Shown here: piece after piece, positions 9,081 through 20,333 of the stretch
How positions within the stretch are numbered: position 1 is the stretch's first letter
Layout of the letters: each line of letters starts with the position of its first letter
Origin: Spirulina sp.
GTDB lineage: Bacteria; Cyanobacteriota; Cyanobacteriia; Phormidesmidales; Phormidesmidaceae
DNA: 64,000 nucleotides
Direction: 5' to 3'
Assembly: GCA_044070495.1 (NCBI GenBank)
Contig: JBIPSI010000020.1
Span: forward strand, 1-64,000
Program-made: the position numbers and the translations under genes
The notes under the pieces: generated by a model
Told to the model about the DNA's origin: nothing
The model's database searches: none
What the model saw: only the letters and a program-made list of their open reading frames with translations

Positions 9081-10958
9081 ATGCTTTTGTCTACCTCCCA
9101 TCAGTTATTTATGGTCAGCGGCAAGGGGGGTGTGGGTAAAACCACGCTCTCCTGCGGGTTTGCGCGGCGGTTGGGGCAGCGGCGGCCCCAGGAGGCGATT
9201 CTTCTGCTCTCCACCGATCCGGCCCACTCCTTGGGGGATGTGTTGCAGGTGCCCGTGGATAATACCCCCACCGCCCTGGATGATGTGCCCAATGTGCGGG
9301 TGCGGGCGCTGGATGCGGAGTTGTTGCTGACAGATTTTCGGGCGCAGTATGGCGGCATTTTGGAACTGCTGGTGGAGCGGGGCAGCTTTGTGGCGGGGGA
9401 AGACCTTGGCCCCTTTTGGGAAATGGGCTGGCCGGGACTGGATGAACTGATGGCGCTGCTGGAAATTCAGCGCATTCTGCGCGACCACGAGGCCGACCGG
9501 GTGGTGGTAGACATGGCCCCCAGCGGCCACACCCTCACCCTGTTTGCCCTGATGGACTTTTTAGATACGCTGCTGGCGTCGCTAGATCAATTCCAGGAAA
9601 AGCACCGCTACATGACCCAAACCCTCTCCGGCCAATACCAGCCCGATGAGGCCGATGGCTTCATTGAGGACATGCGCCGCGATTTGCAAACGGGACGGGG
9701 GCTGATTCAAAACCCAGAACGCACCGCCTGCTGGGTGGTGGGTATTCCAGAACCCATGAGCTTTTTGGAAAGCCAGCGGTTTATCGAATCTCTAGATCGG
9801 TTGCAGATTCCCCTAGGGGGGCTGGCCATCAACCGAGTCATCCTCCAAGGCGGACAGGTAAACCCCGTACAGGCCCAGGTGTTGGATCAGTTTCGGCCCC
9901 TGGCGGCGGGGCATCCGGTACTGTGGGTGCCGCTGCAAACGGGAGAACCCGTGGGTGGATCCGCCCTAGACGCTATCTTTTCCCGTATCGCCCCCATCGA
10001 TGAATTACCGGGAACCGCCCAAGCTAGCGGCGGCGTTCCTTGGCCAGACCCCATCCCCCCCGGCTTTGAGGACTTTTTGGCCGCAGGTCGGCGGCTGATT
10101 GTGGTGGGCGGCAAAGGCGGCGTCGGCAAGACCACTGTGGCGGCGGCCATCGGCTGGGCCACTAGCCATCGCCACAGCGATTGCGCTATCCGCATGATCT
10201 CCATCGATCCCGCCCACTCCCTTGGCGATGCCTTTGGCCAACCCCTGGGCCACGAACCCACCGCCCTCAGCCCCAACCTCCAGGGCCAAGAGGTGAGCGC
10301 CGCCGTGATGCTCGACCAGTTTCGAGAAGATTACCTGTGGGAAATTGCCGATATCCTCGGCGGCGACGATGGCAAGATGGCCGGGATGAAACTGGTCTAC
10401 GGCCCAGAGGCGTGGCGGCAAATTGTCTCCCAAGCCCTCCCTGGCATTGACGAAATGCTGTCGCTGATTACGGTGATGGACTTGCTAGAGCGCAACGAAC
10501 AGCAGTTGATCGTCCTGGATACCGCCCCCACGGGCCATCTGCTGCGCTTTTTAGAAATGCCCACCGCCATGGGCGACTGGCTCGGCTGGATTTTCAAACT
10601 GTGGATTAAATACAAAGACGTGGTGGGCCGCGTGGAATTTATGGGTCGTCTGCGTACCCTGCGCCAGCGGGTCGTAGCGGCCCAAGCCAAGCTCAAGGAT
10701 CCCGCCCACACCGAATTCATCGGCGTCGTCCAAAATCAGTCCGCCATCCTCGCCGAGGCCCAACGCCTCAACCAAACCCTCACCGATATGGGTATCGCCC
10801 AACGCTACATCGTCCACAACCGCTACGACAACGGCCAGGATTTGCCAGCCGATAGCTTTCCCCAACAAACCATCGTGCGCCTGCCCGCCCTGCCCCCCCT
10901 CAATAGCCCCTTTGAACAGGTGAAAGCCGCCGCCCATCTCTTGTTTCCTGGTATCTAA
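9081..10958 (+). CDS. ArsA/GET3-family ATPase with two ATPase domains
   Basis: Two GKGGVGKTT P-loops, two DPAHSLGD motifs, DMAPSGH and DTAPTGH switch motifs. Confidence 0.92.
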   Translation: MLLSTSHQLFMVSGKGGVGKTTLSCGFARRLGQRRPQEAILLLSTDPAHSLGDVLQVPVDNTPTALDDVPNVRVRALDAELLLTDFRAQYGGILELLVERGSFVAGEDLGPFWEMGWPGLDELMALLEIQRILRDHEADRVVVDMAPSGHTLTLFALMDFLDTLLASLDQFQEKHRYMTQTLSGQYQPDEADGFIEDMRRDLQTGRGLIQNPERTACWVVGIPEPMSFLESQRFIESLDRLQIPLGGLAINRVILQGGQVNPVQAQVLDQFRPLAAGHPVLWVPLQTGEPVGGSALDAIFSRIAPIDELPGTAQASGGVPWPDPIPPGFEDFLAAGRRLIVVGGKGGVGKTTVAAAIGWATSHRHSDCAIRMISIDPAHSLGDAFGQPLGHEPTALSPNLQGQEVSAAVMLDQFREDYLWEIADILGGDDGKMAGMKLVYGPEAWRQIVSQALPGIDEMLSLITVMDLLERNEQQLIVLDTAPTGHLLRFLEMPTAMGDWLGWIFKLWIKYKDVVGRVEFMGRLRTLRQRVVAAQAKLKDPAHTEFIGVVQNQSAILAEAQRLNQTLTDMGIAQRYIVHNRYDNGQDLPADSFPQQTIVRLPALPPLNSPFEQVKAAAHLLFPGI

Positions 10959-11131
10959 CGGCAAGCCATTGAGGCCGTAGCCCTGCTTCCTGACCCATCC
11001 CCCTGTAGGTTGGGGGCCGCGACATGGAACCCGGCCCTCGCCTTAACGCAACCCATAGGTTTTGGGATTGCTGTTTTAACCTCCCCCGGCGGGGATTGAA
11101 ATATACTGGGCTAAAGTATGCCGATCTTCCC

Positions 11132-12256
11132 ATGCCCAGAGCCGCTCAAGCCATCGAGCTAGACCTCAGTGCCAAAACGCTTTGGCCCGCCCAAACCGAA
11201 CTGGTCGGCCTGCGGTTTGACCTGGTGGCCGATGGCGACTACGCACTATACCCCCAATACACCATTGGTCTGCACGCCTGGTTCTTGGGCCAGATTCAGG
11301 CCGTTGATTCTGCCCTCTCGGCCCAACTGCACGATGGCGAAACCGACAAAGCTTTTAACCTATCGGGACTGAGCGGCCAATTCTCGACCCAGAGCCGCAG
11401 CCTGCGCCTGCAAGCAGGCCAAACCTATCCGTGGTACGTGGCCGGACTCACCAAGCCCGTGGTGAAAGGGTTGGCCCAGTGGCTAAGGCAATTGCCGGAG
11501 GTGGTGACCTTAAAAAATGCTCCCCTGACCATCCAGCGGGTGAGCTATGCCCAGTTGCCCACCACCTATGCCAAACTGGCCACGGTGGAGCCAGGACAGA
11601 GTCTTAGCCTCACCTTTGTCAGCCCCACCAGTTTTCGGCGCAGGGGCCACCACCTGCCCATTCCCTGGCCGCGCAACGTGTTTCACAGCTATCTGCGACG
11701 GTGGAATGAGTTTGCCAACCGACCTGCGAACCCTGATCAATTCCTGGATTGGGTCGATGAATGTGTGGTGTTTCATCGCCACGAGTTAGTCAGCGAAAAA
11801 ATTGCGGCGGGCAAGCGTGGCTCGGTGACGGGATTCACCGGAGCAGTAACCTATGGTCTTGCGGGAAAGGCGGCAGAAGATCCTGAATTTCGGCAACTGT
11901 TCTACACCCTGGGCCACTATGCACCCTACTGTGGCACCGGGCACAAAACCACCTTTGGCCTAGGGCAAACCCGCCTGGGCTGGCATCTCGACCACCCGCA
12001 ACCCGTGCCCCTGGCCCAAACCCTACTGGCGGATCGCATCGATGAACTAACGGCCTACTTTATCCACCAAAAGAAACGCACCGGAGGGGATCGCGCCCAA
12101 GCCTCCGCCGAAACCTGGGCCACCATTTTGGCCCGCCGAGAGATGGGCGACTCCCTCCAGACCATCGCCGCCGATCTGGGTATCCCCTACGAAACCGCAA
12201 AAACCTACAGCAAGCTGGCACGGCGGGTGATGAAGGTCAACTCCCAGTCAGGGTAG
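11132..12256 (+). CDS. cas6: CRISPR pre-crRNA endoribonuclease Cas6 with a C-terminal helix-turn-helix extension
   Basis: FVSPTSFR and G-rich loop YCGTGHKTTFGLG; C-terminal SLQTIAADLGIPYETAKTY; start ATG 11132 inferred. Confidence 0.92.
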   Translation: MPRAAQAIELDLSAKTLWPAQTELVGLRFDLVADGDYALYPQYTIGLHAWFLGQIQAVDSALSAQLHDGETDKAFNLSGLSGQFSTQSRSLRLQAGQTYPWYVAGLTKPVVKGLAQWLRQLPEVVTLKNAPLTIQRVSYAQLPTTYAKLATVEPGQSLSLTFVSPTSFRRRGHHLPIPWPRNVFHSYLRRWNEFANRPANPDQFLDWVDECVVFHRHELVSEKIAAGKRGSVTGFTGAVTYGLAGKAAEDPEFRQLFYTLGHYAPYCGTGHKTTFGLGQTRLGWHLDHPQPVPLAQTLLADRIDELTAYFIHQKKRTGGDRAQASAETWATILARREMGDSLQTIAADLGIPYETAKTYSKLARRVMKVNSQSG

Positions 12257-12311
12257 ATCGGCGGTGAAGCGGTCAGCGTAGGGCTATCGGCGACGGCTGT
12301 TTTGAACTGGT

Positions 12312-12548
12312 CTATTGTGAAGACGGCTGCGATAGAAGCTCGCGCATCACTAATCCACTATGTTTGACGAATTGCTTGCCCCGCTGAACCATGACCGCGC
12401 TCGCAACATAGAAACAGGCGTAGTAGGCCCGATTGATGGCAAAGTCAAACCGTTGAGCCTGAAACTCAGATCGGGCTGATTCTAGCGCCTGATCGGCTTT
12501 TTGCAGTAGGTAGTTGATGACATCATCGGCTTGGCGGCTTAGTGACAT
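12312..12548 (-). pseudogene. Truncated HEPN-domain protein
   Basis: KADQALESA...AINRAYYACFY...KHSG, then similarity is lost; 78 aa with no C-terminal R..Y motif; ATG overlaps the upstream TGA. Confidence 0.75.
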
Positions 12549-12690
12549 CAGGCGGCGACGCCCCGTTGCGCGATTTCGTGATGGATGGGGAGCAGTGTAT
12601 AGTAGCCCGTCAGCCAATCTGTTTGAGCAACGACTAGGGTGCTGATGACGACATCTAACAGTAGGTTGGCAATGGTCTGCATAGCGCAAT
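12548..12690 (-). pseudogene. C-terminal remnant of a minimal nucleotidyltransferase (MNT) paired with the HEPN gene
   Basis: DVVISTLVV...PIHHEIAQRGVAA resembles an MNT C-terminus; no GS..DxD N-terminus. Confidence 0.55.
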
Positions 12691-12741
12691 GGTGAGGATG
12701 CTGGATTCTTTGCCATCGTAGCGAATCAACGAATCCCTTGA

Positions 12742-12931
12742 GCAGCACTCGTCTTGCGGCAGATGGGTTAGGAAAGACAGAGGATAGATCCCAGGGTTCT
12801 TGGAGAACCCTGGGATCTGTTTCCGTCCCCTTGCGGGGAATGAGTTAGGAAAGATCCAAGGCGAGTACAACGCCGGACGAGATCAAACAAGCGGAAGTTT
12901 CCGTCCCCTTGCGGGGAATGGGTTAGGAAAG
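12742..12931 (-). CRISPR. CRISPR mini-array: two 35-nt repeats CTTTCCTAAC(C/T)CATTCCCCGCAAGGGGACGGAAAC, one degenerate terminal repeat, two spacers (43 and 42 nt)
   Basis: Repeats at 12897-12931 and 12819-12853, degenerate copy at 12742-12776; 3' 23 nt identical to the main-array repeat. Confidence 0.88.
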
Positions 12932-12981
12932 CAGGCAGTCCAAAACCGCCTTGCCACCTACCGCGTAAAAAGTTGCTGAGA

Positions 12982-14331
12982 TTACACCGTACTCAGAAAC
13001 TGGGGTAAGGGATGGCGGTTTTGCTTGGAAATCAGGGCATCTAAGGCTGTGGTAATAAAGGTTTGAATGACCTGCCCAGAGGCTTGGTAATCGCTGGCCG
13101 TAATGGGGGTGAAGCCGTGGGCCAGGAGGGAATAATTGCGGGTTTTGAGGGCATCCTGAAGGCGATTAGCCTGGGGATCAAAGTGCTTGCCGAGGGTATC
13201 ATCGGGCAGTTGGCTCAGCAGTTGGTAACTCTTCCACAGGGGAATCTGAACCTTGTCGGTGCGGGGGTTGCGCTCGGCGGTGTAGGTGTCGCGCAGGGTT
13301 TCGGGCAGTTTGGTGAGATCGAGGTCGCCCGTTTCTAGGCCGTAGGTTTGCTTCAGCCGAATTTGGGCCAGCAGTTCCAGGGCACGATACAGCCGCCCCA
13401 CGGCATCGTCGTAGCGTTGCTGATGGGCGCGGCGTTGGGCATTCAGCAGCAGGTCTTCCACCAGTTCGTAGCCGTGGCCCGGAATGACTGCCGGGGATTG
13501 GAATTCTGGATCAATCGATTGGCGACTGTGGAGTACCCGCTTGAGGCCGAGGATGTGGGGATGCTTGCGATCCAGGTGCATTGACAGCAAATTCCAGGCC
13601 TCCAGGTGGTCAAACCGATCCCACGCCTCGAAACCCGCATAGATGTCGCGCTGTTGACGAATGTGGCGCTTTTGGTCGGCGGGCAGTTCTAAAGATTGCA
13701 GCAGCGTTTGTAGGGTAGCAATGGCACCACTGTAGTTAAAATCCTGCAAAAACCGAGGCAGATCTTGGTTCAGAATGCGCTCGACGGTGAGCAGGGTGGT
13801 GGGTGCCCGCTCGGTGGATTGGCCCCGCTCCACCCGAATCAGGTTCTCGCGGGTGGCGTTGGTGGTCAGGTACAGCGCCACCCCATAGTCCAAAGCGGCC
13901 ATTCCCAGTGACAGCGACATGGTTTTGGTGCCGCCCGTATAGTCGGCATACAGTTCGTTACTAGGGTTCTCCTGCTGGAGGGCTTTAATTTTGGTGGCAA
14001 TCCGCCGATAGCACTCCGCCAAATCATCTGGGTTATCCAGCCGTACCAGATCGGTCTCAGGGTTGAAGCGATCCCCCAGGTTCAATTGAGTCGGAATATT
14101 CGGCTGACGATCTACCTCCGCCCCGCGCCGAATCTCGCAGGGGGTGCCCTCTCCAATAATTTGCGACAGGCTTCCCCGTGGCCCATCGGAACAAATAAAG
14201 ATGATGCGATCAGGCCGCAAACTATTGATGGCGGTGAGGATGGGGGCGGGAGAGCCGCCAACGGTAATCAGTAAAAGGGTAGCCATGGGAGAACCGGGTG
14301 TGGGGTCTATCATAGGTTGTATCACTGGCAA
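12982..14331 (-). CDS. TIGR02710-family CRISPR-associated CARF-HEPN effector (Csx1/Csm6-like); probable start 14286
   Basis: ITVGGSPAP, DYTGGTKTMS (CARF), YDDAVGRLYRALEL, RNYSLLAHG (HEPN R..H). Confidence 0.9.
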   Translation of the reverse strand: MPVIQPMIDPTPGSPMATLLLITVGGSPAPILTAINSLRPDRIIFICSDGPRGSLSQIIGEGTPCEIRRGAEVDRQPNIPTQLNLGDRFNPETDLVRLDNPDDLAECYRRIATKIKALQQENPSNELYADYTGGTKTMSLSLGMAALDYGVALYLTTNATRENLIRVERGQSTERAPTTLLTVERILNQDLPRFLQDFNYSGAIATLQTLLQSLELPADQKRHIRQQRDIYAGFEAWDRFDHLEAWNLLSMHLDRKHPHILGLKRVLHSRQSIDPEFQSPAVIPGHGYELVEDLLLNAQRRAHQQRYDDAVGRLYRALELLAQIRLKQTYGLETGDLDLTKLPETLRDTYTAERNPRTDKVQIPLWKSYQLLSQLPDDTLGKHFDPQANRLQDALKTRNYSLLAHGFTPITASDYQASGQVIQTFITTALDALISKQNRHPLPQFLSTV

Positions 14332-14476
14332 CGCCCCTAACCTAGCCCTAGACCCTGAGTTGATTGAGGCCCATCACGGCTAGGGGCAGTTGGCCCTGCG
14401 GCGGGCGGTGAGCGCGTGGGGAAAAGAGCCGTCGGCGAATCAGGCTTAATATGGGAAGAGATCACCGATTGGAGGG

Positions 14477-15256
14477 TTGGTCGTGGCATCGCCGTTTCCG
14501 GGAATGGATCCATACCTTGAAAATCCTGAGCTATGGTCGGCTGTCCATAGTCGGTTGATTGTGGCGATTGCGGATGAGCTGGTAGAGCATCTGAGTGAAA
14601 AGTATCGGGTTGAGGTGGAAAAACGGGTTTACTTCAGCAGCGATGATGGGAGTGTGTTGGTCGGTATTCCAGATGTTTCGGTGGCCACCAGCCGTTCAGC
14701 GAAATCGACAACGGGCACTGTGACATTACCCCTGCCGGTTCAGCCGGAAACCGTCACGGTGCCCCTGGCGGAAGAGGTTACTGAGCGGTATTTGGAAATC
14801 CGGGAAGTGGCCACGGGCATGGTGGTGACGGTAATTGAATTGCTGTCGCCTAAAAATAAGCGACCCGGTGAGGGGCGGATGGCCTACCTGCGGAAGCGGA
14901 ACCAGGTGCTGGCCAGTGTGTCGCATTTGGTGGAAATTGATTTGTTGCGAGGGGGCCAACCTTTACCCATAACCAGTGGCCATACCAGCGACTATCGAAT
15001 CTTGGTCAGCCAAGCTGATAGACGACCGAGGGCCGATCTGTATGGGTTTGACCTACAACAGCCGATTCCGCCCTTTCCAGTACCGCTGATGTCGGGGGAA
15101 GAGGCACCGATTTTGGCATTGCAGCCGCTGTTGAATCGGGTCTATGGGAAGGGGCGGTATCACCTGGCGATTGATTATGGTCAGCCGCCAGTGCCGCCGT
15201 TGGGAGAGGCGGCGGAAAAGTGGGCAACGACCCAAATCCAGAAGGCTCTGGGGTAG
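14477..15256 (+). CDS. DUF4058 family protein (restriction-endonuclease-like fold)
   Basis: SPFPGMDPYLE, VIELLSPKNK, HLVEIDLLRGG. Confidence 0.9.
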   Translation: MVVASPFPGMDPYLENPELWSAVHSRLIVAIADELVEHLSEKYRVEVEKRVYFSSDDGSVLVGIPDVSVATSRSAKSTTGTVTLPLPVQPETVTVPLAEEVTERYLEIREVATGMVVTVIELLSPKNKRPGEGRMAYLRKRNQVLASVSHLVEIDLLRGGQPLPITSGHTSDYRILVSQADRRPRADLYGFDLQQPIPPFPVPLMSGEEAPILALQPLLNRVYGKGRYHLAIDYGQPPVPPLGEAAEKWATTQIQKALG

Positions 15257-15273
15257 CTGCGTGCTGAACAAAC

Positions 15274-15747
15274 TTATTGTTCAGAGTTTAGCCAATATTG
15301 TTTGGATAACAGTTCGTCTACCTCTGTGCAGAAAGGACAATCGTTAGGAAAGCTCGCCTGCCTGTACTCAATGGAGACTAGCTCTAGAGAGTCGAGATAG
15401 ACTTCTGGCAACGTTTTTACTAAATAAGGTTTTAAGCTGGGGGAATCCTTCAGCAATGTTTGGATTTGTTTACGTTGATCTGTGATGGTTAACTCCCAAC
15501 CATTGAAATTCTCAGGCATGGGAACGTACAGCCGCTTGAGCAGATGGGCCAGCAATACTCTCAGTCTGCTGATGAGTTCCCGACGGTCTCGTTTGCCCAA
15601 GCTGTCTATTTCCTCAATCAGGTTTTCAATATCCAGTTGGTGGATCTGCCCGGCTTTGAGTTGGGCGACGGTGGTCTCACACCAGGCGACGAAGTCTTGC
15701 TCGTACAGTTTTTGCAGGGTTTGAATGGTTTGCATAATAAATGCCAC
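15274..15747 (-). CDS. DUF29 family protein
   Basis: LYEQDFVAW, LDIENLIEEI, LLAHLLK, DSPSLK, FPNDCPF. Confidence 0.9.
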   Translation of the reverse strand: MAFIMQTIQTLQKLYEQDFVAWCETTVAQLKAGQIHQLDIENLIEEIDSLGKRDRRELISRLRVLLAHLLKRLYVPMPENFNGWELTITDQRKQIQTLLKDSPSLKPYLVKTLPEVYLDSLELVSIEYRQASFPNDCPFCTEVDELLSKQYWLNSEQ

Positions 15748-15794
15748 CTGACCTGAGGACGGTTCTATGGAACTGCTGTCATTCTAGACCGTTG

Positions 15795-16055
15795 CTACAC
15801 AAATCTGTCTCGGCCTGAGCTGGGGTCGCGCAGGTTGGCCCAGTGTTCATCGTCTACGCCGGTTTCGTCGATGTTGAAGGTCTGGCGGTAGGTTTGGAGG
15901 GCTTGCCAGAAGCTGGGTCTCGTGTCGGGGGCAGGTTGCAGGATGGCGATGGGTTGGTCATCGCGAAAGATTTCGATGGGGGTACCTTGTTCGACGAGTT
16001 GGAGGTAGTGGTCGAGGTTTTCGCGGAGTTGGGTGATGGTGCAGTGATGGGGCAT
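15795..16055 (-). CDS. Phd/YefM-family antitoxin with no adjacent toxin
   Basis: TITQLRENL...VEQGTPIEI.R...PIAIL. Confidence 0.75.
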   Translation of the reverse strand: MPHHCTITQLRENLDHYLQLVEQGTPIEIFRDDQPIAILQPAPDTRPSFWQALQTYRQTFNIDETGVDDEHWANLRDPSSGRDRFV

Positions 16056-16058
16056 GGG

Positions 16059-18290
16059 TTACTTTCGCTTTGAATTCTTGGCTCGCTCAAAAGCCGCTTT
16101 CATACTGGTGTTACCACCTTCATTAGAGGATGAGTGCTTATCTGACTTTTTTGGAGAGGAACGACCCTTACCTTTAAGCTTGGGTGGATCTGGCTTGCAG
16201 CGATTGCTACCTCCTGAACCTCCAGAATTTCGGGCTTCTATATCATCACATTTCTCCCAGCCAATTATTTGCAGAGGAGTTGGTAAAACAGGTCGATCGG
16301 CATACTCGTTTACCTTGCCTTTCTTTGGTGTACCAATGTGGTGTAAGCGCTCATCCCTCTCGATTTCCATATAACGAGTCTGATCAGGGGATGGAGCCTC
16401 ACCCCAACTCAGCAGTGCCAGGAGCATTTTGATCCGTCGAACTTCCTTTAGCGAAGCTTCAGTTGCTCCAATTTGATGACAAATATACTTATCAAATTCT
16501 TTAATATAATCGTCAGCCGAGTCAGGCTGATCATCATATCCTGTCAGCCACTTCTGTCCAACAAACAAGCCCTCATAGCGTTTCTTACACTTGCCCAAGT
16601 ACAAATGATGCGTAATCTTTACGGCTCCCATGCCTAGTGGCTTACCCATCCCTAGCGAGAATCGATATTTATCATCTTGGGCAAGATCCAAAGCCCAAAT
16701 CAAAGCTCCAAGTTCAACATTACTCAAATTCTCAAAATGCATGGAAAATGTGAATGAGACTCCTGCCTTGATGGGTTTGATTTCTGTGTACTGTGATTTA
16801 GCACTATTAATTTGCTCACTATCTGATTGTTGAATCTGACTAATATCTGTATCTTTCTTATGCCAGTACAGTTTATGGCCACGAATAACAGTTTCACCTG
16901 AACTATTAATACTTGGCGACTGGCTAGCATAATGTTTCAGTTCAGCCTTATCAGCATCGGTTTTTTCTGGCTGCACTAAATAATGTTGGAAAGTTGTTGT
17001 TTTAGGGCCACCAAGAATTTTTGGAATAATAGAATGTTCTGACAGCCAAATGCCATCTTTATCTTCTTGATAGATTGCATCAGTAATGCAAACTCGCCCT
17101 CTAAGACTTTGGTTATTCCGCTTAGATTGCTTTTCTTGACTCACAAACCCAAAAATACTATCTGCAATATCAATTATTGAAGGATCTCGTAAAGCTTCTG
17201 GCACAAAGTCAACGACACTAGACGCATGACCATTACCTTCGGGCGAATACGGAATACGAAAATTAGGACTTTGCCCGAAAAAACCGATTAAGTCGCTTTT
17301 TGACGGAGGATAGTAGAAAACTGGAACTGGTCGGTTTTCATTTAGCAGTCCCTTCTCGGCACTAAAAGGTGCATCTTTTTGAAAATCTGTAAGAGCTTTA
17401 CAATAGTGTTCGACAGCAATGTTATCAAGTCTTAGTTTTTCAGCTTTTTTATTTTCCTGGAAAACAAGGCAATTGTTACGTCTGGGCGAACGTTCATTAC
17501 CTTGCTTCATATTTCCACTTGTCACTAAAACTCCTTGATGATCTGGATAAACATCAGGAGAAGCAATGTCACTAGCAAATGTGCGTTTAGCACGATCTTT
17601 ATTATCCTGGGCAACTTTTCCGTAACTCACAGAAATATATTGAGGTCTATAATTTGACTGATCAAACTTAATCAATTCATCTACAGTAGTGTCTCTTTCT
17701 CGAACCCAAGCAAATGTTTTTCCTTGAACCTTTCGAGATGGCTGAATATACCAACCTTGAGAGTCTTTCCTGAGATATCCTGCTTGGACTTTATCGGGCT
17801 GAATATACTTTTTATATTCTTTTGCAGCAGATTCTACTTTGGGATTACCAGCAACTGCTCGAAAAAAAAGCTTTTCAGTATCAGACACACGTTCAATCTT
17901 GCTGAAACTTATAATTTCCAGTATGGTTCTCAACATCCCTCGTATGCTGCTACCAGGAATGCTCGGTAACATTTGCTGTGGGTATTTGAAAAAGTCAGTT
18001 AGTCTGTCTCTTTCCTCAGATGAACAAGTTTCTAAATCTTCAAGATTCGTAGACTTGCCATTAGTAAAGTCTAGAAGACTCAATCCACAGCGGATATACA
18101 GAGGGGACTCAGTAGTTAGGTTACACATAATCTTGCCTGTATGAAGATCAGGGTAGTAGCGATCTCCACTCGGCAAAGAATCAGGATCAGCAGTGACAAC
18201 TTTATCTGGTAGCTCCACAAAATTATAAGGAGCAACTGCTTTACGATCTTCTGGTACACACTTAATATGTTTTGGAAAAGTCATGATCAA
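16059..18290 (-). CDS. cas7: Type III-D Cas7 with large insertion (TIGR03986 RAMP)
   Basis: APYNFV, IPGSSIRGMLR, LGGPKTTTFQHYL, RGHKLYWH, LGMGKPLGMG. Confidence 0.93.
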   Translation of the reverse strand: MIMTFPKHIKCVPEDRKAVAPYNFVELPDKVVTADPDSLPSGDRYYPDLHTGKIMCNLTTESPLYIRCGLSLLDFTNGKSTNLEDLETCSSEERDRLTDFFKYPQQMLPSIPGSSIRGMLRTILEIISFSKIERVSDTEKLFFRAVAGNPKVESAAKEYKKYIQPDKVQAGYLRKDSQGWYIQPSRKVQGKTFAWVRERDTTVDELIKFDQSNYRPQYISVSYGKVAQDNKDRAKRTFASDIASPDVYPDHQGVLVTSGNMKQGNERSPRRNNCLVFQENKKAEKLRLDNIAVEHYCKALTDFQKDAPFSAEKGLLNENRPVPVFYYPPSKSDLIGFFGQSPNFRIPYSPEGNGHASSVVDFVPEALRDPSIIDIADSIFGFVSQEKQSKRNNQSLRGRVCITDAIYQEDKDGIWLSEHSIIPKILGGPKTTTFQHYLVQPEKTDADKAELKHYASQSPSINSSGETVIRGHKLYWHKKDTDISQIQQSDSEQINSAKSQYTEIKPIKAGVSFTFSMHFENLSNVELGALIWALDLAQDDKYRFSLGMGKPLGMGAVKITHHLYLGKCKKRYEGLFVGQKWLTGYDDQPDSADDYIKEFDKYICHQIGATEASLKEVRRIKMLLALLSWGEAPSPDQTRYMEIERDERLHHIGTPKKGKVNEYADRPVLPTPLQIIGWEKCDDIEARNSGGSGGSNRCKPDPPKLKGKGRSSPKKSDKHSSSNEGGNTSMKAAFERAKNSKRK

Positions 18291-18297
18291 CTCCTTG

Positions 18298-20329
<2,032 letters not shown>

Positions 20330-20333
<4 letters not shown>

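Noticed and set aside
9081..10958. ArsA plus ArsS as an arsenic island
   Set aside because: They are more than 40 kb apart, no arsR/B/C/D/M is nearby, and the ATPase may be GET3-like
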